Shown: one piece after another, positions 36,359-45,516 of the stretch
Layout: each line of letters starts with the position of its first letter
How positions within the stretch are numbered: position 1 is the stretch's first letter
Origin: Candidatus Eiseniibacteriota bacterium
GTDB lineage: Bacteria; Arandabacterota; Arandabacteria; Arandabacterales; Arandabacteraceae
DNA: 64,000 nt
Direction of reading: 5' to 3'
NCBI GenBank assembly: GCA_043810925.1
Contig: JBDRNT010000106.1
Location: forward strand, 1-64,000
The notes under the pieces: generated by a model
Databases searched by the model: none
Told to the model about the DNA's origin: nothing
The model's input: the letters and a program-made list of their open reading frames with translations, nothing else
Program-made: the position numbers and the translations under genes

Positions 36359-37189
36359 CTATTCCTTCGCCAGTGAGTCGACCAGTTTCTTCCATTCTGC
36401 GGTGAATTCCTTCTTCTCGATATTCTGAAGCTCACCCAGTATGGTTTTCTGGTTCCGCTGTTTCTCTTCATCACTGAGGCGTTCGTAGTCACCCTTGAGG
36501 ATCGTGGCATCCTTGAACCAGTCCCAGTTGTCCTTCGTATCTTCTATTTCATTCTTCTTGCCGAAGCCTGTAGGACAGGCGATCAGGATCTCGACAAAGG
36601 CGAAGCCCTTCTTCTTAAGCGCCTTCCTTATGCTGGCGGTGGTTTCATAAGGATAGCTCGGAAGCCAGCGTGCGACATACGATGCCCCCGCACCGATGGC
36701 CAGGTTCGCAAGATCGAACGGCTGCTCCACGCAACCGAAGGGAGACGTCGTGGTCAGGCCCCCGACCGGCGTAGTCGGTGAAGCCTGGCCTCCGGTCATG
36801 CCGTAGTTATAATTGTTGATCTCGATCACGGTCATATCTACGTTTCGCCTGGCGGCGTGGATGAAATGGTTTCCCCCTATCCCGGCACAATCTCCGTCAC
36901 CCGTAAAGACGACCACGTTGAGTTCGGGTCGGGCCAGCTTCACACCCGTGGCGAAGGTAAGCGCCCGGCCGTGGGTGGTGTGTAGACCGTCGGCATCTAT
37001 GTAGCCGGGCAGACGGGACGAGCACCCGATGCCTGAAAGGAAGACCACGTCGTCCAAGTCAATACGGCACTCATCGAGCGCGCGAAGCGTATAGTTCAGG
37101 ACGTTGCCGATGCCACAGCCTGTACAGAAGATCGAAGGATACATCTCGGGGCGCAGGTACTTCTTTATGCGCTCAGCCTTGTTAAACAT
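36359..37189 (-). CDS. korB: 2-oxoacid:ferredoxin oxidoreductase beta subunit (copy 2)
   Basis: FCTGCG, SGIGCSS, HTTHGR, GDGD...IGGNH..HAARRN and YGMTGGQ TPP motifs. Confidence 0.9.
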   Translation of the reverse strand: MFNKAERIKKYLRPEMYPSIFCTGCGIGNVLNYTLRALDECRIDLDDVVFLSGIGCSSRLPGYIDADGLHTTHGRALTFATGVKLARPELNVVVFTGDGDCAGIGGNHFIHAARRNVDMTVIEINNYNYGMTGGQASPTTPVGGLTTTSPFGCVEQPFDLANLAIGAGASYVARWLPSYPYETTASIRKALKKKGFAFVEILIACPTGFGKKNEIEDTKDNWDWFKDATILKGDYERLSDEEKQRNQKTILGELQNIEKKEFTAEWKKLVDSLAKE

Positions 37190-37196
37190 CCGCTCT

Positions 37197-38363
37197 TCAC
37201 TCCTTCAGTGCAGCTGCGATCTCCTGGGGCGAATGCATGATTCCACCTATCTTGGGAAGTTTGATCACTTCAGCATTGTGACCCACTGCTTCTCTCACTT
37301 TGTGGTAAATCTGGCCGAGGTTCATCTCAGGTACGACTATCTTCTTTACGGATTCACCTAACCGCTGGAGCACCTTCTCAGGGAAAGGCCAGATGGTTAC
37401 AAGCCGGAGGTAACCGACCTTCCTGCCTTCGGCACGGAGCATCTTCGCTGCGTACGCCGCAGCCCGCGAGGTGATCCCGTAGCTAACGATAACGCTGTCG
37501 GCATCGTCCAGGTAAAGCTCCTCGACGCGGGTGAGTTTCTCGGTATCGTCGGATATCTTCCCGCAAAGCCGCCTTATGAGCTGCGTGTGAATCTCGGCGT
37601 CGTCGGTCGAGGGAAGCCCGCTCGGCTTATGCGTCAGACCCGTGTAGTAGGTGTGGTATCCAGTTCCGAAGTCGGCGAGCCGCGGGATCTTCCCGCTCTC
37701 GGGAAGGAATGGGATGTAGTCAGCCGGTGCCTTTGAAGGCCGGGTTCGCTCGATGATCTCATACTCTCCATGATCCGGGATGGTGATGCCTTCGCGCATA
37801 TGCCCGACTTCGCCGTCGGTCATGAGTAGCACAGGGTTACGGTACTTCTCGGCGAGATTGAAACACTCTATCGTGAGATCGAGCGACTCCTGAACCGAGT
37901 TGGGTGAGAGGGCTATGATTTCATAATCGCCGTGCGATCCCCACTTCGCCTGCATGATATCGCCCTGCGAGGGTTCGGTCGGCTGACCGGTTGAAGGCCC
38001 GGAACGCTGGACGTTTACGACAACGCAGGGGGTCTCGGTCATAAAGGCATAGCCGATGTTCTCCTGCATGAGCGAGAAGCCCGGTCCGGAGGTTACGGTC
38101 ATTGACTTCACCCCGGCAAGCGAAGCCCCTATGATCGCTCCCATGCTGGCGATCTCATCTTCCATCTGAACATAAGCGCCGCCTATTCGGGGCAGGAGCT
38201 GCGACATCACTTCTGCAGATTCGGTCGCGGGTGTGATCGGATAGCCGGCAAAGAAACGGCAACCGGCCAAGAGAGCCCCAAATGCATATGCTTCGTCACC
38301 CTGGGCAAAGAGCCGCTTCTTACCTATTGCCTTGATCACCCGATCGTATTCGGTACGGTCCAC
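37197..38363 (-). CDS. korA: 2-oxoacid:ferredoxin oxidoreductase alpha subunit (copy 2)
   Basis: FAGYPITPATE, QMEDEIAS, TSGPGFSLMQE and QRSGPSTG motifs. Confidence 0.9.
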   Translation of the reverse strand: MDRTEYDRVIKAIGKKRLFAQGDEAYAFGALLAGCRFFAGYPITPATESAEVMSQLLPRIGGAYVQMEDEIASMGAIIGASLAGVKSMTVTSGPGFSLMQENIGYAFMTETPCVVVNVQRSGPSTGQPTEPSQGDIMQAKWGSHGDYEIIALSPNSVQESLDLTIECFNLAEKYRNPVLLMTDGEVGHMREGITIPDHGEYEIIERTRPSKAPADYIPFLPESGKIPRLADFGTGYHTYYTGLTHKPSGLPSTDDAEIHTQLIRRLCGKISDDTEKLTRVEELYLDDADSVIVSYGITSRAAAYAAKMLRAEGRKVGYLRLVTIWPFPEKVLQRLGESVKKIVVPEMNLGQIYHKVREAVGHNAEVIKLPKIGGIMHSPQEIAAALKE

Positions 38364-38893
38364 TAGTTGTTTCCTTCTTGTTTCGCCAGTTCAACGCCTT
38401 TGTTAAAGGCCCGGACATTGATATCGATAGTATGCCTGGGCACCTTGTCCCTGATCGTCGCTTCCATGGACTCCGGCGCCATCACCCCGGTTGATGCCAC
38501 AAGGTAGCCCAGCATCACCGAGTTGGCGACCATCCGCTTGCCAAGATCGTCCGCGGTTCTGGTGAAGGGAACACAATAGACGTCCTCGCTCTCCGCCTCG
38601 ACCAGGTCGGCGTCCACGATGACCTTGCCGTCGGCCCTTACGGTGGAGCGATACTTGTCGAACGCGGTTTGAGAGAGCGCAACCAGAATGTCGGCTTCGA
38701 TCACCTTGGGGTAGTCTATCGCCTCATCCGACACCACAACCTCGCTACGGGCGGCACCTCCACGTGATTCAGGACCGTACGACTGGGTCTGGACCGCTCG
38801 CTTGCCGTCGAGGATGGCAGCCTCACCCAGGAGTCGCCCCGCCAGCACAACACCCTGGCCTCCGAAACCGGCGACACGGATTTCTATTCTCAT
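38363..38893 (-). CDS. korC: 2-oxoacid:ferredoxin oxidoreductase gamma subunit (copy 2)
   Basis: AGFGGQGV and QSYGPESRGG motifs. Confidence 0.9.
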   Translation of the reverse strand: MRIEIRVAGFGGQGVVLAGRLLGEAAILDGKRAVQTQSYGPESRGGAARSEVVVSDEAIDYPKVIEADILVALSQTAFDKYRSTVRADGKVIVDADLVEAESEDVYCVPFTRTADDLGKRMVANSVMLGYLVASTGVMAPESMEATIRDKVPRHTIDINVRAFNKGVELAKQEGNN

Positions 38894-38936
38894 TCGAGCA
38901 CCTTGACGTTTCTGATGGCGATTCGAGTCACCCGGG

Positions 38937-39482
38937 CTAGGTCGGCTTCAACCCGTACCCTTCCTCAAAAGCCAGGAGGTTCTTCTCTACGAGTTTCTCG
39001 GGAAGATGCCTCTTGATGCTCTTCCTGACCGACTCCTTGGACACGATCCCGAGCAGGGCCGAAAGATAACCGATGATGACGATGTTCCCCATGATCTTCT
39101 GACCGAACTTCTTGAATGCTATATCCGTGGCGGAGATCTTGTGGACTTCCACGTTCCCGGGATCGCCGTCAACCAGGTCCTTATCGACGATCAATGTCCC
39201 GCCGTCCTTGAGATGACCGACATAGGTGTTGTATGCGTCCTGTGACAGTGATATCAGGACATCGACTCTGGGCGATTCAAGTTCGTAGATCTTGTCCTTC
39301 GATATGATGACATCGCACTTGCTGGCACCGCCGCGTGAGGCGCTGCCGTAGGACTGGGTCTGGACGGCATTCAGGCCGTCGCTGACCGCAGCCTCACCGT
39401 ATACCACGCCTGCCAGCACGATCCCCTGTCCACCGAAACCGGAGAACCTGATGCTGATGGATGTGAAGTCGTCTTTGGTCAA
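38937..39482 (-). CDS. korC: 2-oxoacid:ferredoxin oxidoreductase gamma subunit (copy 1)
   Basis: SGFGGQGI and QSYGSASRGG motifs. Confidence 0.9.
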   Translation of the reverse strand: MTKDDFTSISIRFSGFGGQGIVLAGVVYGEAAVSDGLNAVQTQSYGSASRGGASKCDVIISKDKIYELESPRVDVLISLSQDAYNTYVGHLKDGGTLIVDKDLVDGDPGNVEVHKISATDIAFKKFGQKIMGNIVIIGYLSALLGIVSKESVRKSIKRHLPEKLVEKNLLAFEEGYGLKPT

Positions 39483-40363
39483 GAGATGCTCCAGTCTTCG
39501 GGGCGGCGGCCTGCATCTTTCCTGCGGATCTCCTCGTTGAGTTGACGGAGGTTCGCGGTGAATTCCGATTTGTCCCGCTCCGCCAGCCGTCCGACCACGA
39601 TCTTCCCGGCGAGTTCATCGGGTCTCATCTCCGCCGCTTCCTGCGCTCTCACAGCGGTTTCCTTGTATTCCTGAAGGGCCTCGGTTCCTGTCCGTTGACC
39701 GACCCTGCGTCCATAGCTGACCGGACACTGGGAGCGAATCTCTATGAAGGCAAAGCCCTTCATCGTCAGGGCCTTCTGCATCGATTCCATAAGCGGGAAG
39801 ACATGATACGTGGTCCAGCGGGCAACATAACCCGCCCCCGCAGCGGCCACGAGTTCGGCTATCTCAAAGGGATGCTCTACGTTGCCGTAGGGTGAGGTGG
39901 ATGTAGAGACACCGAGAGGCGTCGTCGGGGCGAGCTGTCCGCCCGTCATGCCGTAGATCAGGTTATTGACCATGAATACCTTTATGTCGATGTTTCGTCT
40001 GGCGGCATGAATCAGGTGATTCCCGCCTATCCCGATGAGATCACCATCGCCGGCAATGACGACCACGGTCTTTTCCGGGCGGGTCACCTTCGCTCCCGTT
40101 GCGAAGGGAATCGGTCTGCCGTGCGTGGTATGCAACGTGTCACCCATAAAGTAAGGGCTCGGGATCCATGATGAACAGCCGATCCCCGTGACGGAGACGA
40201 TATCGTTCGGGTCCATCTGGAGCTCGTCAACGGCATGCGCATAGCAATTCAGCACAATACCGCATCCACACCCCGGACAGAAGGCGGTGGGGAGGACCTC
40301 CTTGCGAAGATACTTGAAGAGACGATGTCTTCGCTTCTCGGCCTTGTCTTTCTGATCAGTCAT
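39479..40363 (-). CDS. korB: 2-oxoacid:ferredoxin oxidoreductase beta subunit (copy 1)
   Basis: FCPGCG, GIGCSSW, GDGD.IGIGGNH and YGMTGGQ motifs. Confidence 0.9.
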   Translation of the reverse strand: MTDQKDKAEKRRHRLFKYLRKEVLPTAFCPGCGCGIVLNCYAHAVDELQMDPNDIVSVTGIGCSSWIPSPYFMGDTLHTTHGRPIPFATGAKVTRPEKTVVVIAGDGDLIGIGGNHLIHAARRNIDIKVFMVNNLIYGMTGGQLAPTTPLGVSTSTSPYGNVEHPFEIAELVAAAGAGYVARWTTYHVFPLMESMQKALTMKGFAFIEIRSQCPVSYGRRVGQRTGTEALQEYKETAVRAQEAAEMRPDELAGKIVVGRLAERDKSEFTANLRQLNEEIRRKDAGRRPEDWSIS

Positions 40364-40373
40364 CGGTGCTCCC

Positions 40374-41558
40374 CTATATTCTCTTCATCCCGCCGTAGAT
40401 CTCATCTATCGTGTGCGTGACCCCGCCGATCTTCGGTATGGAGATAACATCGGCCTTGCTGAACCGCTCGATCTCGCGTGAGAGCTGCCCCAGGTTCATC
40501 TCCGGCACAAACACCTTCCTGGCCCGGGCGGCCACCTCTCTCACCTTGCCCTGGGGGAAGGGCCAGATGGATATGAGTCTCAGCATGCCGACCTTCTTGC
40601 CCTCGGCTCGTGCCCTGAGCAGTGCTCCCGCGGCAGGCCGGCTCGTGGCTCCATAGGAGATCAGCACATAGTCGGCGTCTTCAAGTTGCATCTCTTCATA
40701 TCTTGCTATGCGTTCGCGGTTGGCGGCGATCTTCCTGCACAGTCTGGTCACAAGCTTCTCGTGCACGTCCTGGCTCTGAACATCCCTGATTCCCGTCTCC
40801 TTGTGCGTGGAGCCCGTGACATGGATAAAGCGACCGAGACCGAATTCCGCCATGGGCGGCACGTCATCTCCACCGAAGAGGAGTTCATCACCCGTAATCA
40901 TTCTCCGTTCTCTGATCTTCACGTCCTCAAGCCGTGGCATCGTGATTCGTTCCCGCATGTGTCCGACCTCGCCATCCATAAGGACAATCACCGGTGTTCG
41001 GTATTCCTCCGCCAGGTTGAACGCCTCGATCGCAAGGTCAAAGCACTCCTGGACGGAGTTCGGCGCAAGCGCGATCATCTCATGGTCGCCATGGGTGCCC
41101 CAACGGGCCTGCATGACATCTCCCTGGGCCGGCATGGTTGCCTGTCCCGTGGATGGACCCGAGCGCTGGACATTTACGATAACGCACGGTGTTTCGGTCA
41201 TCACGGCATAGCCGATATTCTCCTGCATCAGCGAATAACCGGGTCCTGAAGTGGCGGTCATGGCCTTGGCACCGGCCCAGACCGCGCCGATGACTGCGGA
41301 GAGCGAGGCCAGCTCGTCTTCCATCTGGATATAGTAGCCGTCCACATGGGGCAATTCCGCAGACATCACCTCAGCAACCTCAGTCGCCGGGGTTATGGGA
41401 TAACCTGCAAAGAAATCGCAGCCCGCATAGAGCGATCCATAGGCCACGGATTCGTCACCCTGCATGAAATAGCTGCGCCCTGCGAACCGGCTGAGGTAGT
41501 CGGTACGCAACTTGCCGCCGCGCGTCTTGCCTTTAGGCTTCTTCTTGCTGGTGCTCAA
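40374..41558 (-). CDS. korA: 2-oxoacid:ferredoxin oxidoreductase alpha subunit (copy 1)
   Basis: FAGYPITPATE, QMEDELAS and ATSGPGYSLMQE motifs. Confidence 0.9.
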   Translation of the reverse strand: MSTSKKKPKGKTRGGKLRTDYLSRFAGRSYFMQGDESVAYGSLYAGCDFFAGYPITPATEVAEVMSAELPHVDGYYIQMEDELASLSAVIGAVWAGAKAMTATSGPGYSLMQENIGYAVMTETPCVIVNVQRSGPSTGQATMPAQGDVMQARWGTHGDHEMIALAPNSVQECFDLAIEAFNLAEEYRTPVIVLMDGEVGHMRERITMPRLEDVKIRERRMITGDELLFGGDDVPPMAEFGLGRFIHVTGSTHKETGIRDVQSQDVHEKLVTRLCRKIAANRERIARYEEMQLEDADYVLISYGATSRPAAGALLRARAEGKKVGMLRLISIWPFPQGKVREVAARARKVFVPEMNLGQLSREIERFSKADVISIPKIGGVTHTIDEIYGGMKRI

Positions 41559-41564
41559 CGGCCT

Positions 41565-41771
41565 CTACTCGTTGATGATAATGATGGAAAACTCCGGACA
41601 TAGGAGCTCACACAGCCTGCACCCCACGCACTCCTTCTCCTTGACGGGAAGCGGGACGTAATAGCCCTTGCTGTTGATCTTCTGTGAGGTCTCGAAGACC
41701 TTGAGAGGACAGAAATCCACGCAGATCCCACAGCCTTTGCAGAGCTCCTCGTCTATTTCTATCATACCCAA
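41565..41771 (-). CDS. korD: 2x[4Fe-4S] ferredoxin-like delta subunit
   Basis: CKGCGICVDFCP and CVGCRLCELLCP. Confidence 0.9.
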   Translation of the reverse strand: MGMIEIDEELCKGCGICVDFCPLKVFETSQKINSKGYYVPLPVKEKECVGCRLCELLCPEFSIIIINE

Positions 41772-41916
41772 TACCCTTCACAGTTCTTTCGATGCGTATT
41801 CTCATGTAGTGTACTATCTCCTGGTCTAATATGCAATTTCAGAATTGCGGGGACCGGAGAGACCGCTGCGGTCGGGCCTACCCGGCTGGATGAGGGTCAG
41901 AGAGCGGCACCCTTCT

Positions 41917-41942
41917 GCAGGGTCGGGTCTCCGTGCCCGACG
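41917..41942. repeat. REP family B copy, left of the toxin-antitoxin module
   Basis: GCAGGGTCGGGTCTCCGTGCCCGACG. Confidence 0.7.
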
Positions 41943-41964
41943 TTTGGATGGTCTTTCTTCCATC

Positions 41965-41999
41965 TTGACACTAAGACGTTAAAACGTTATAATGTCATC
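41965..41999 (+). promoter_or_regulatory. Consensus sigma70 promoter (probably leaderless) with 8-bp direct-repeat operator
   Basis: TTGACA(41965)-N17-TATAAT(41988), 6 nt before ATG 42000; AAGACGTT/AAAACGTT/ATAATGTC repeats overlap it. Confidence 0.8.
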
Positions 42000-42233
42000 A
42001 TGAGAAACGAGCACAAACGCGCAACAGTCTACTTCGATCCGGACATACACCGCGCCCTGCGGCACAAGGCTGCGGAAACCGAGCGTTCGGTTTCCGAGCT
42101 CGTGAATGAAGCCGTCAGGCGGAGTCTGGCGGAGGATGCGGAGGATCTGGTTGCCTTCGAGGATCGGGTCTCCGAGCCTACCGTTCGGTTCGAGACGGTC
42201 GTCAAGGACCTCAAGCGTCGTGGCAAGATATGA
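42000..42233 (+). CDS. CopG/ribbon-helix-helix antitoxin
   Basis: KRATVYFDPDIHRALR.KAAETERSVSELVNEAVR RHH pattern; overlaps the toxin start. Confidence 0.85.
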   Translation: MRNEHKRATVYFDPDIHRALRHKAAETERSVSELVNEAVRRSLAEDAEDLVAFEDRVSEPTVRFETVVKDLKRRGKI

Positions 42234-42480
42234 TCTCCTGATCAAGCGGTCGGCAGTCAGGGAACTCGAGGCGGTTTCCACCCAGAAGCTTCGTCGACTG
42301 ATTGTAAGAAGAATCCGGGCACTTCAAGCCAACCCACGACCGCCGGGCTGTGAGAAGCTAACAGGGCGGGGGAGGTATCGCGTCCGTCAGGGTCCGTATC
42401 GCATAGTCTATTCGGTCGACGACACGACACTTGATGTTACAGTGTTTAAGATAGGCCAGCGTAAGGACGTTTACAGATAG
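42220..42480 (+). CDS. relE: RelE/ParE family toxin
   Basis: GTG start; NPRPPGCEKL.G...YRVRQGPYRIVYSVDD...V.VFKIGQRKDVYR. Confidence 0.88.
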   Translation: MARYDLLIKRSAVRELEAVSTQKLRRLIVRRIRALQANPRPPGCEKLTGRGRYRVRQGPYRIVYSVDDTTLDVTVFKIGQRKDVYR

Positions 42481-42502
42481 GCCTGTCAGGGTGGGTTCAA
42501 TG

Positions 42503-42549
42503 GGTCGGGTCTCTGCGCCCGACGGATGGTCGGGTCTCCGTGCCCGACG
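42503..42549. repeat. Two tandem REP family B copies, right of the toxin-antitoxin module
   Basis: GGTCGGGTCTCTGCGCCCGACG and GGTCGGGTCTCCGTGCCCGACG. Confidence 0.75.
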
Positions 42550-42570
42550 TACGAGCGCTTGCAGTCAGGG

Positions 42571-43815
42571 CTACCTGGCCGGGCCCAGAGCTTCGAAAAT
42601 GCTCTCTCTTGTGGCGGTCCCTGCGGGGCCGATTATGAAGTAGATCGAAGCCCCGCTTTGACTGGCGTGGTAAAACTCGGGATCGTCGAGCCCGGTGAGA
42701 ACCTCTGAGAGGGCGCTCTCAAATTCCTCGGCGTCATGCTCGCTGTCCCACGCGGAGGACCCCACGATTACCAACTCATCATCCGGAGTCACATACGCCG
42801 CGAAGCGCAGACCATCCCAGCCCGCTGCCGCCTCCGCGGCATCGGGATTGGTTGCCGGATACATTCTGAAAAGCGTCAGGAGATCGAACTCTCCGAGCGT
42901 GTTGGTGTAGTAAGGATCCCAACTCTCCGGCACTGCTGCCGCCAAGCCTGAGACATCGATTGGCGTGGGTTCGTCCCGGTCCAGGTACTTGTCAGGATGG
43001 AGAATCTGTTCACTCGTAGCCGGTATGTCGTAGAATAACGAGACCATCTGTTTGTGGGGATTGACCTTGAGCCACCGCTGGACGAAGGCGCCGCCCTCGG
43101 CATACGGGCTGATCAAGACTTCCCTGAGGTAGTGCGGGAACTCCCTCAGATCTCTCTGTTCAAAACCGCTTCGCATGAACACCCTCGTATCTGGAAGCCG
43201 GTCAAGTTCCTTGTCCTGCATATAGGCAATCATGACAACGGTGGCCATTCCCTCGATTGTGGACCGGAATGCATACTCATAATCGAGATTCTTAAGCCCG
43301 ACCTCGGACTCGGCGACTATGTCCACCTGGCGATCCTGAAGGGCATGTGTAAGCTCGTGGGAAACGATCATATCCTGGTAAAACGGGGTCATCAGCACAG
43401 GGGGCAGATCCGAGATCCCCACAAACGCCTTGGCCCGTGGATCGTAAAGCCCGCCACCCTCCTGACCGACCAGATCGAGAAAACCTGCTTCGAGATCATA
43501 ATCCTCGGGCACCAGTCCGATCTCTGCGAGACACCGGCCCCGGCGGATGAGTTCATCGTCGGGATACTCCATAGCTACAAGGTCGACCAGAAACTCCTTG
43601 AACTCGCTTCTGCTCATCACGATCACCTTGACCTGCTTCCCTTCCGGCATACCGGTAAGCTCAGCAACCGCTGGTTGAATCTCTTCAACAAGCCTCTCGA
43701 GTCTCTCAGTCTCCGTCCTGCGTGCCGTCGCTTCGACCGCGCCGGAAACCTCGAGCGAGACAAATGAGAGTGTTACGAGGACCGTGCTGAGGCATACCCT
43801 GCGCATGGATACCAT
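42571..43815 (-). CDS. Secreted putative zincin metallopeptidase
   Basis: Signal peptide; GLYDP, HELTHALQD, IEGMA, P.TSEQILHP.KY and AAAGWDG motifs. Confidence 0.7.
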   Translation of the reverse strand: MVSMRRVCLSTVLVTLSFVSLEVSGAVEATARRTETERLERLVEEIQPAVAELTGMPEGKQVKVIVMSRSEFKEFLVDLVAMEYPDDELIRRGRCLAEIGLVPEDYDLEAGFLDLVGQEGGGLYDPRAKAFVGISDLPPVLMTPFYQDMIVSHELTHALQDRQVDIVAESEVGLKNLDYEYAFRSTIEGMATVVMIAYMQDKELDRLPDTRVFMRSGFEQRDLREFPHYLREVLISPYAEGGAFVQRWLKVNPHKQMVSLFYDIPATSEQILHPDKYLDRDEPTPIDVSGLAAAVPESWDPYYTNTLGEFDLLTLFRMYPATNPDAAEAAAGWDGLRFAAYVTPDDELVIVGSSAWDSEHDAEEFESALSEVLTGLDDPEFYHASQSGASIYFIIGPAGTATRESIFEALGPAR

Positions 43816-43840
43816 AAGCGTGTGACCGCTCTCTCGAAAT

Positions 43841-43864
43841 CGCCGGGCACGGAGACCCGCCGCT
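43841..43864. repeat. REP family B copy (reverse orientation)
   Basis: Reverse complement reads AGCGGCGGGTCTCCGTGCCCGGCG. Confidence 0.6.
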
Positions 43865-43868
43865 CGGT

Positions 43869-45275
43869 CTACTCGAGCGTGGCTTCATCGCCGTACGCGG
43901 GAATAGAAACCTTCCACTTTGTTTTCTTCCTGAGGGTACCGGCGAAAGCCTGTGCGGCCTCGGGTTCCCCGTGTGTTATGAATACATGCTTCGGCGCTTG
44001 TTCCAGACCGGTGATCCACGTGAGGAGCTCGTCACTGTCGGCATGGGCTGAGAAGCCGTTGATCTGAGCGATCTTCGCCCTGACTGGATACATCTGGCCG
44101 TATATCCGGACCTGTTTCGCGCCTTCGACAATCTCCCTGCCAAGCGTGCCGCCGGCCTGGTAGCCTACGAAGAGTATCATGCTTTCGGGTCTCGGGATAT
44201 TACTCACAAGGTGATGCTTGACTCTCCCACCGGTACACATCCCCGAGCCGGCGATGATCACCGCTCCCTTCTTCACGTAGTTTATCGCCTTTGACTCCTC
44301 TACAGAACTGGTCATCTTAAGACCGGGGAAGGTGAAGGGCGAGTGTCCCTTGTCTACGAGCTTGATCATCTCATTATCGAAGAGGTTCCGGTGGTGCTTG
44401 AACACCTCCGTTACGCGGATTGCCATCGGGCTGTCGATGAACACGCTTACATGGGGGATCCTGTCCTCGAGCAGAAGCGTATTGAGACGGTACAGAAGTT
44501 CCTGGGTTCTGCCGATTGCGAAACTCGGTATGACCACATTGCCGCCGCGCTTGGCCGTAGACACTATTGCGTCCTCAAGGAGGCTGTCGACATCCGCCGG
44601 GTCTTCGTGCAGTCTGTCACCGTAAGTGGACTCCATGACCACGTAGTCCGCCTGTTTGAATACGGTCGGATCGTTGAGGATCGGTTTGTCACGCCGGCCG
44701 ATATCTCCCGAGAAAAGAACCGTGTTCCGGTCTCCGTGGTCCGGGACCGAAAGTTTTATCATCGAGGCGCCCAGGATGTGTCCGGCATCATGAAACGTCG
44801 CTACGATGCCGTCTCCGAGCTCAAGCGGTTTCTCATAGCTCCATGGTGTGAGAAGAGGAAGGCAATTGCGTACGTCTTCCTCGGTGTAGAGGGGAACGAC
44901 CGGGTGGGGCCCCTTCCTGCCTTCGCGCTCGTGCCGCTTGATCTTAAACTCAGCGTCCTCCGCCAGCACGTGGGCCGAATCCATAAGCGATATTCTTGCG
45001 ATCTCAAGCGAGGCGGCGGTGCAGTAGGCCCTGCCGGAGAAACCCTGGCTTGCGAAACGCGGCAGGTAGCCGCAATGATCGAGGTGGGCATGGGTCAAGA
45101 GCACGATGTCGATGCTCTCCGGCGGGACGGGGAACGGCTCCCAGTTTCTCGCTTTGTACTGGCGTTCCTGGTAGATCCCACAGTCAACCAGTATGTTAAG
45201 ACCATCACATTCAAGCAGGTACTTAGACCCGGTCACATTCTGGGCCGCGCCCAGAAACCTTATCTTTGTCGCCAC
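43869..45275 (-). CDS. Beta-CASP MBL-fold ribonuclease (YSH1/TTHA0252-like)
   Basis: GAAQNVTGS, THAHLDHCG, AGHILG, MESTYG, PSFAIGRTQE, GSGMCTGGR, FSAHAD and HGE motifs. Confidence 0.9.
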   Translation of the reverse strand: MATKIRFLGAAQNVTGSKYLLECDGLNILVDCGIYQERQYKARNWEPFPVPPESIDIVLLTHAHLDHCGYLPRFASQGFSGRAYCTAASLEIARISLMDSAHVLAEDAEFKIKRHEREGRKGPHPVVPLYTEEDVRNCLPLLTPWSYEKPLELGDGIVATFHDAGHILGASMIKLSVPDHGDRNTVLFSGDIGRRDKPILNDPTVFKQADYVVMESTYGDRLHEDPADVDSLLEDAIVSTAKRGGNVVIPSFAIGRTQELLYRLNTLLLEDRIPHVSVFIDSPMAIRVTEVFKHHRNLFDNEMIKLVDKGHSPFTFPGLKMTSSVEESKAINYVKKGAVIIAGSGMCTGGRVKHHLVSNIPRPESMILFVGYQAGGTLGREIVEGAKQVRIYGQMYPVRAKIAQINGFSAHADSDELLTWITGLEQAPKHVFITHGEPEAAQAFAGTLRKKTKWKVSIPAYGDEATLE

Positions 45276-45516
45276 GAATTCGCTCCTTCCTGCCGTAACT
45301 CATCTGTCAAGGATATTCTAACCCCTTTCGGCCGCAGGTACCAGCTCAGACCTCTGTGGCTTCCTAATGCTGCTTGACTTGGCCGGGTCATGCTGATACG
45401 CTCTAAAGCCCAAGAGGAGCAGATGTTGGTTGCTCCCGACCGAAGAAGTTATTCTGTGATGAAAAGTTAAGAGACTCCCGGTTTGCATGGTGGAGATCTC
45501 TTCCGGAGGAGGAAAA

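Noticed and set aside
42106-42219. N-terminal extension of the 124-aa toxin ORF
   Set aside because: It overlaps the antitoxin; RelE homology begins at GTG 42220.
44343-45377. Long antisense ORFs (also 14212..15156, 47490..48425, 29239..30105, 59819..60613)
   Set aside because: These are shadow frames of well-supported genes in GC-rich DNA and carry no recognisable motifs.
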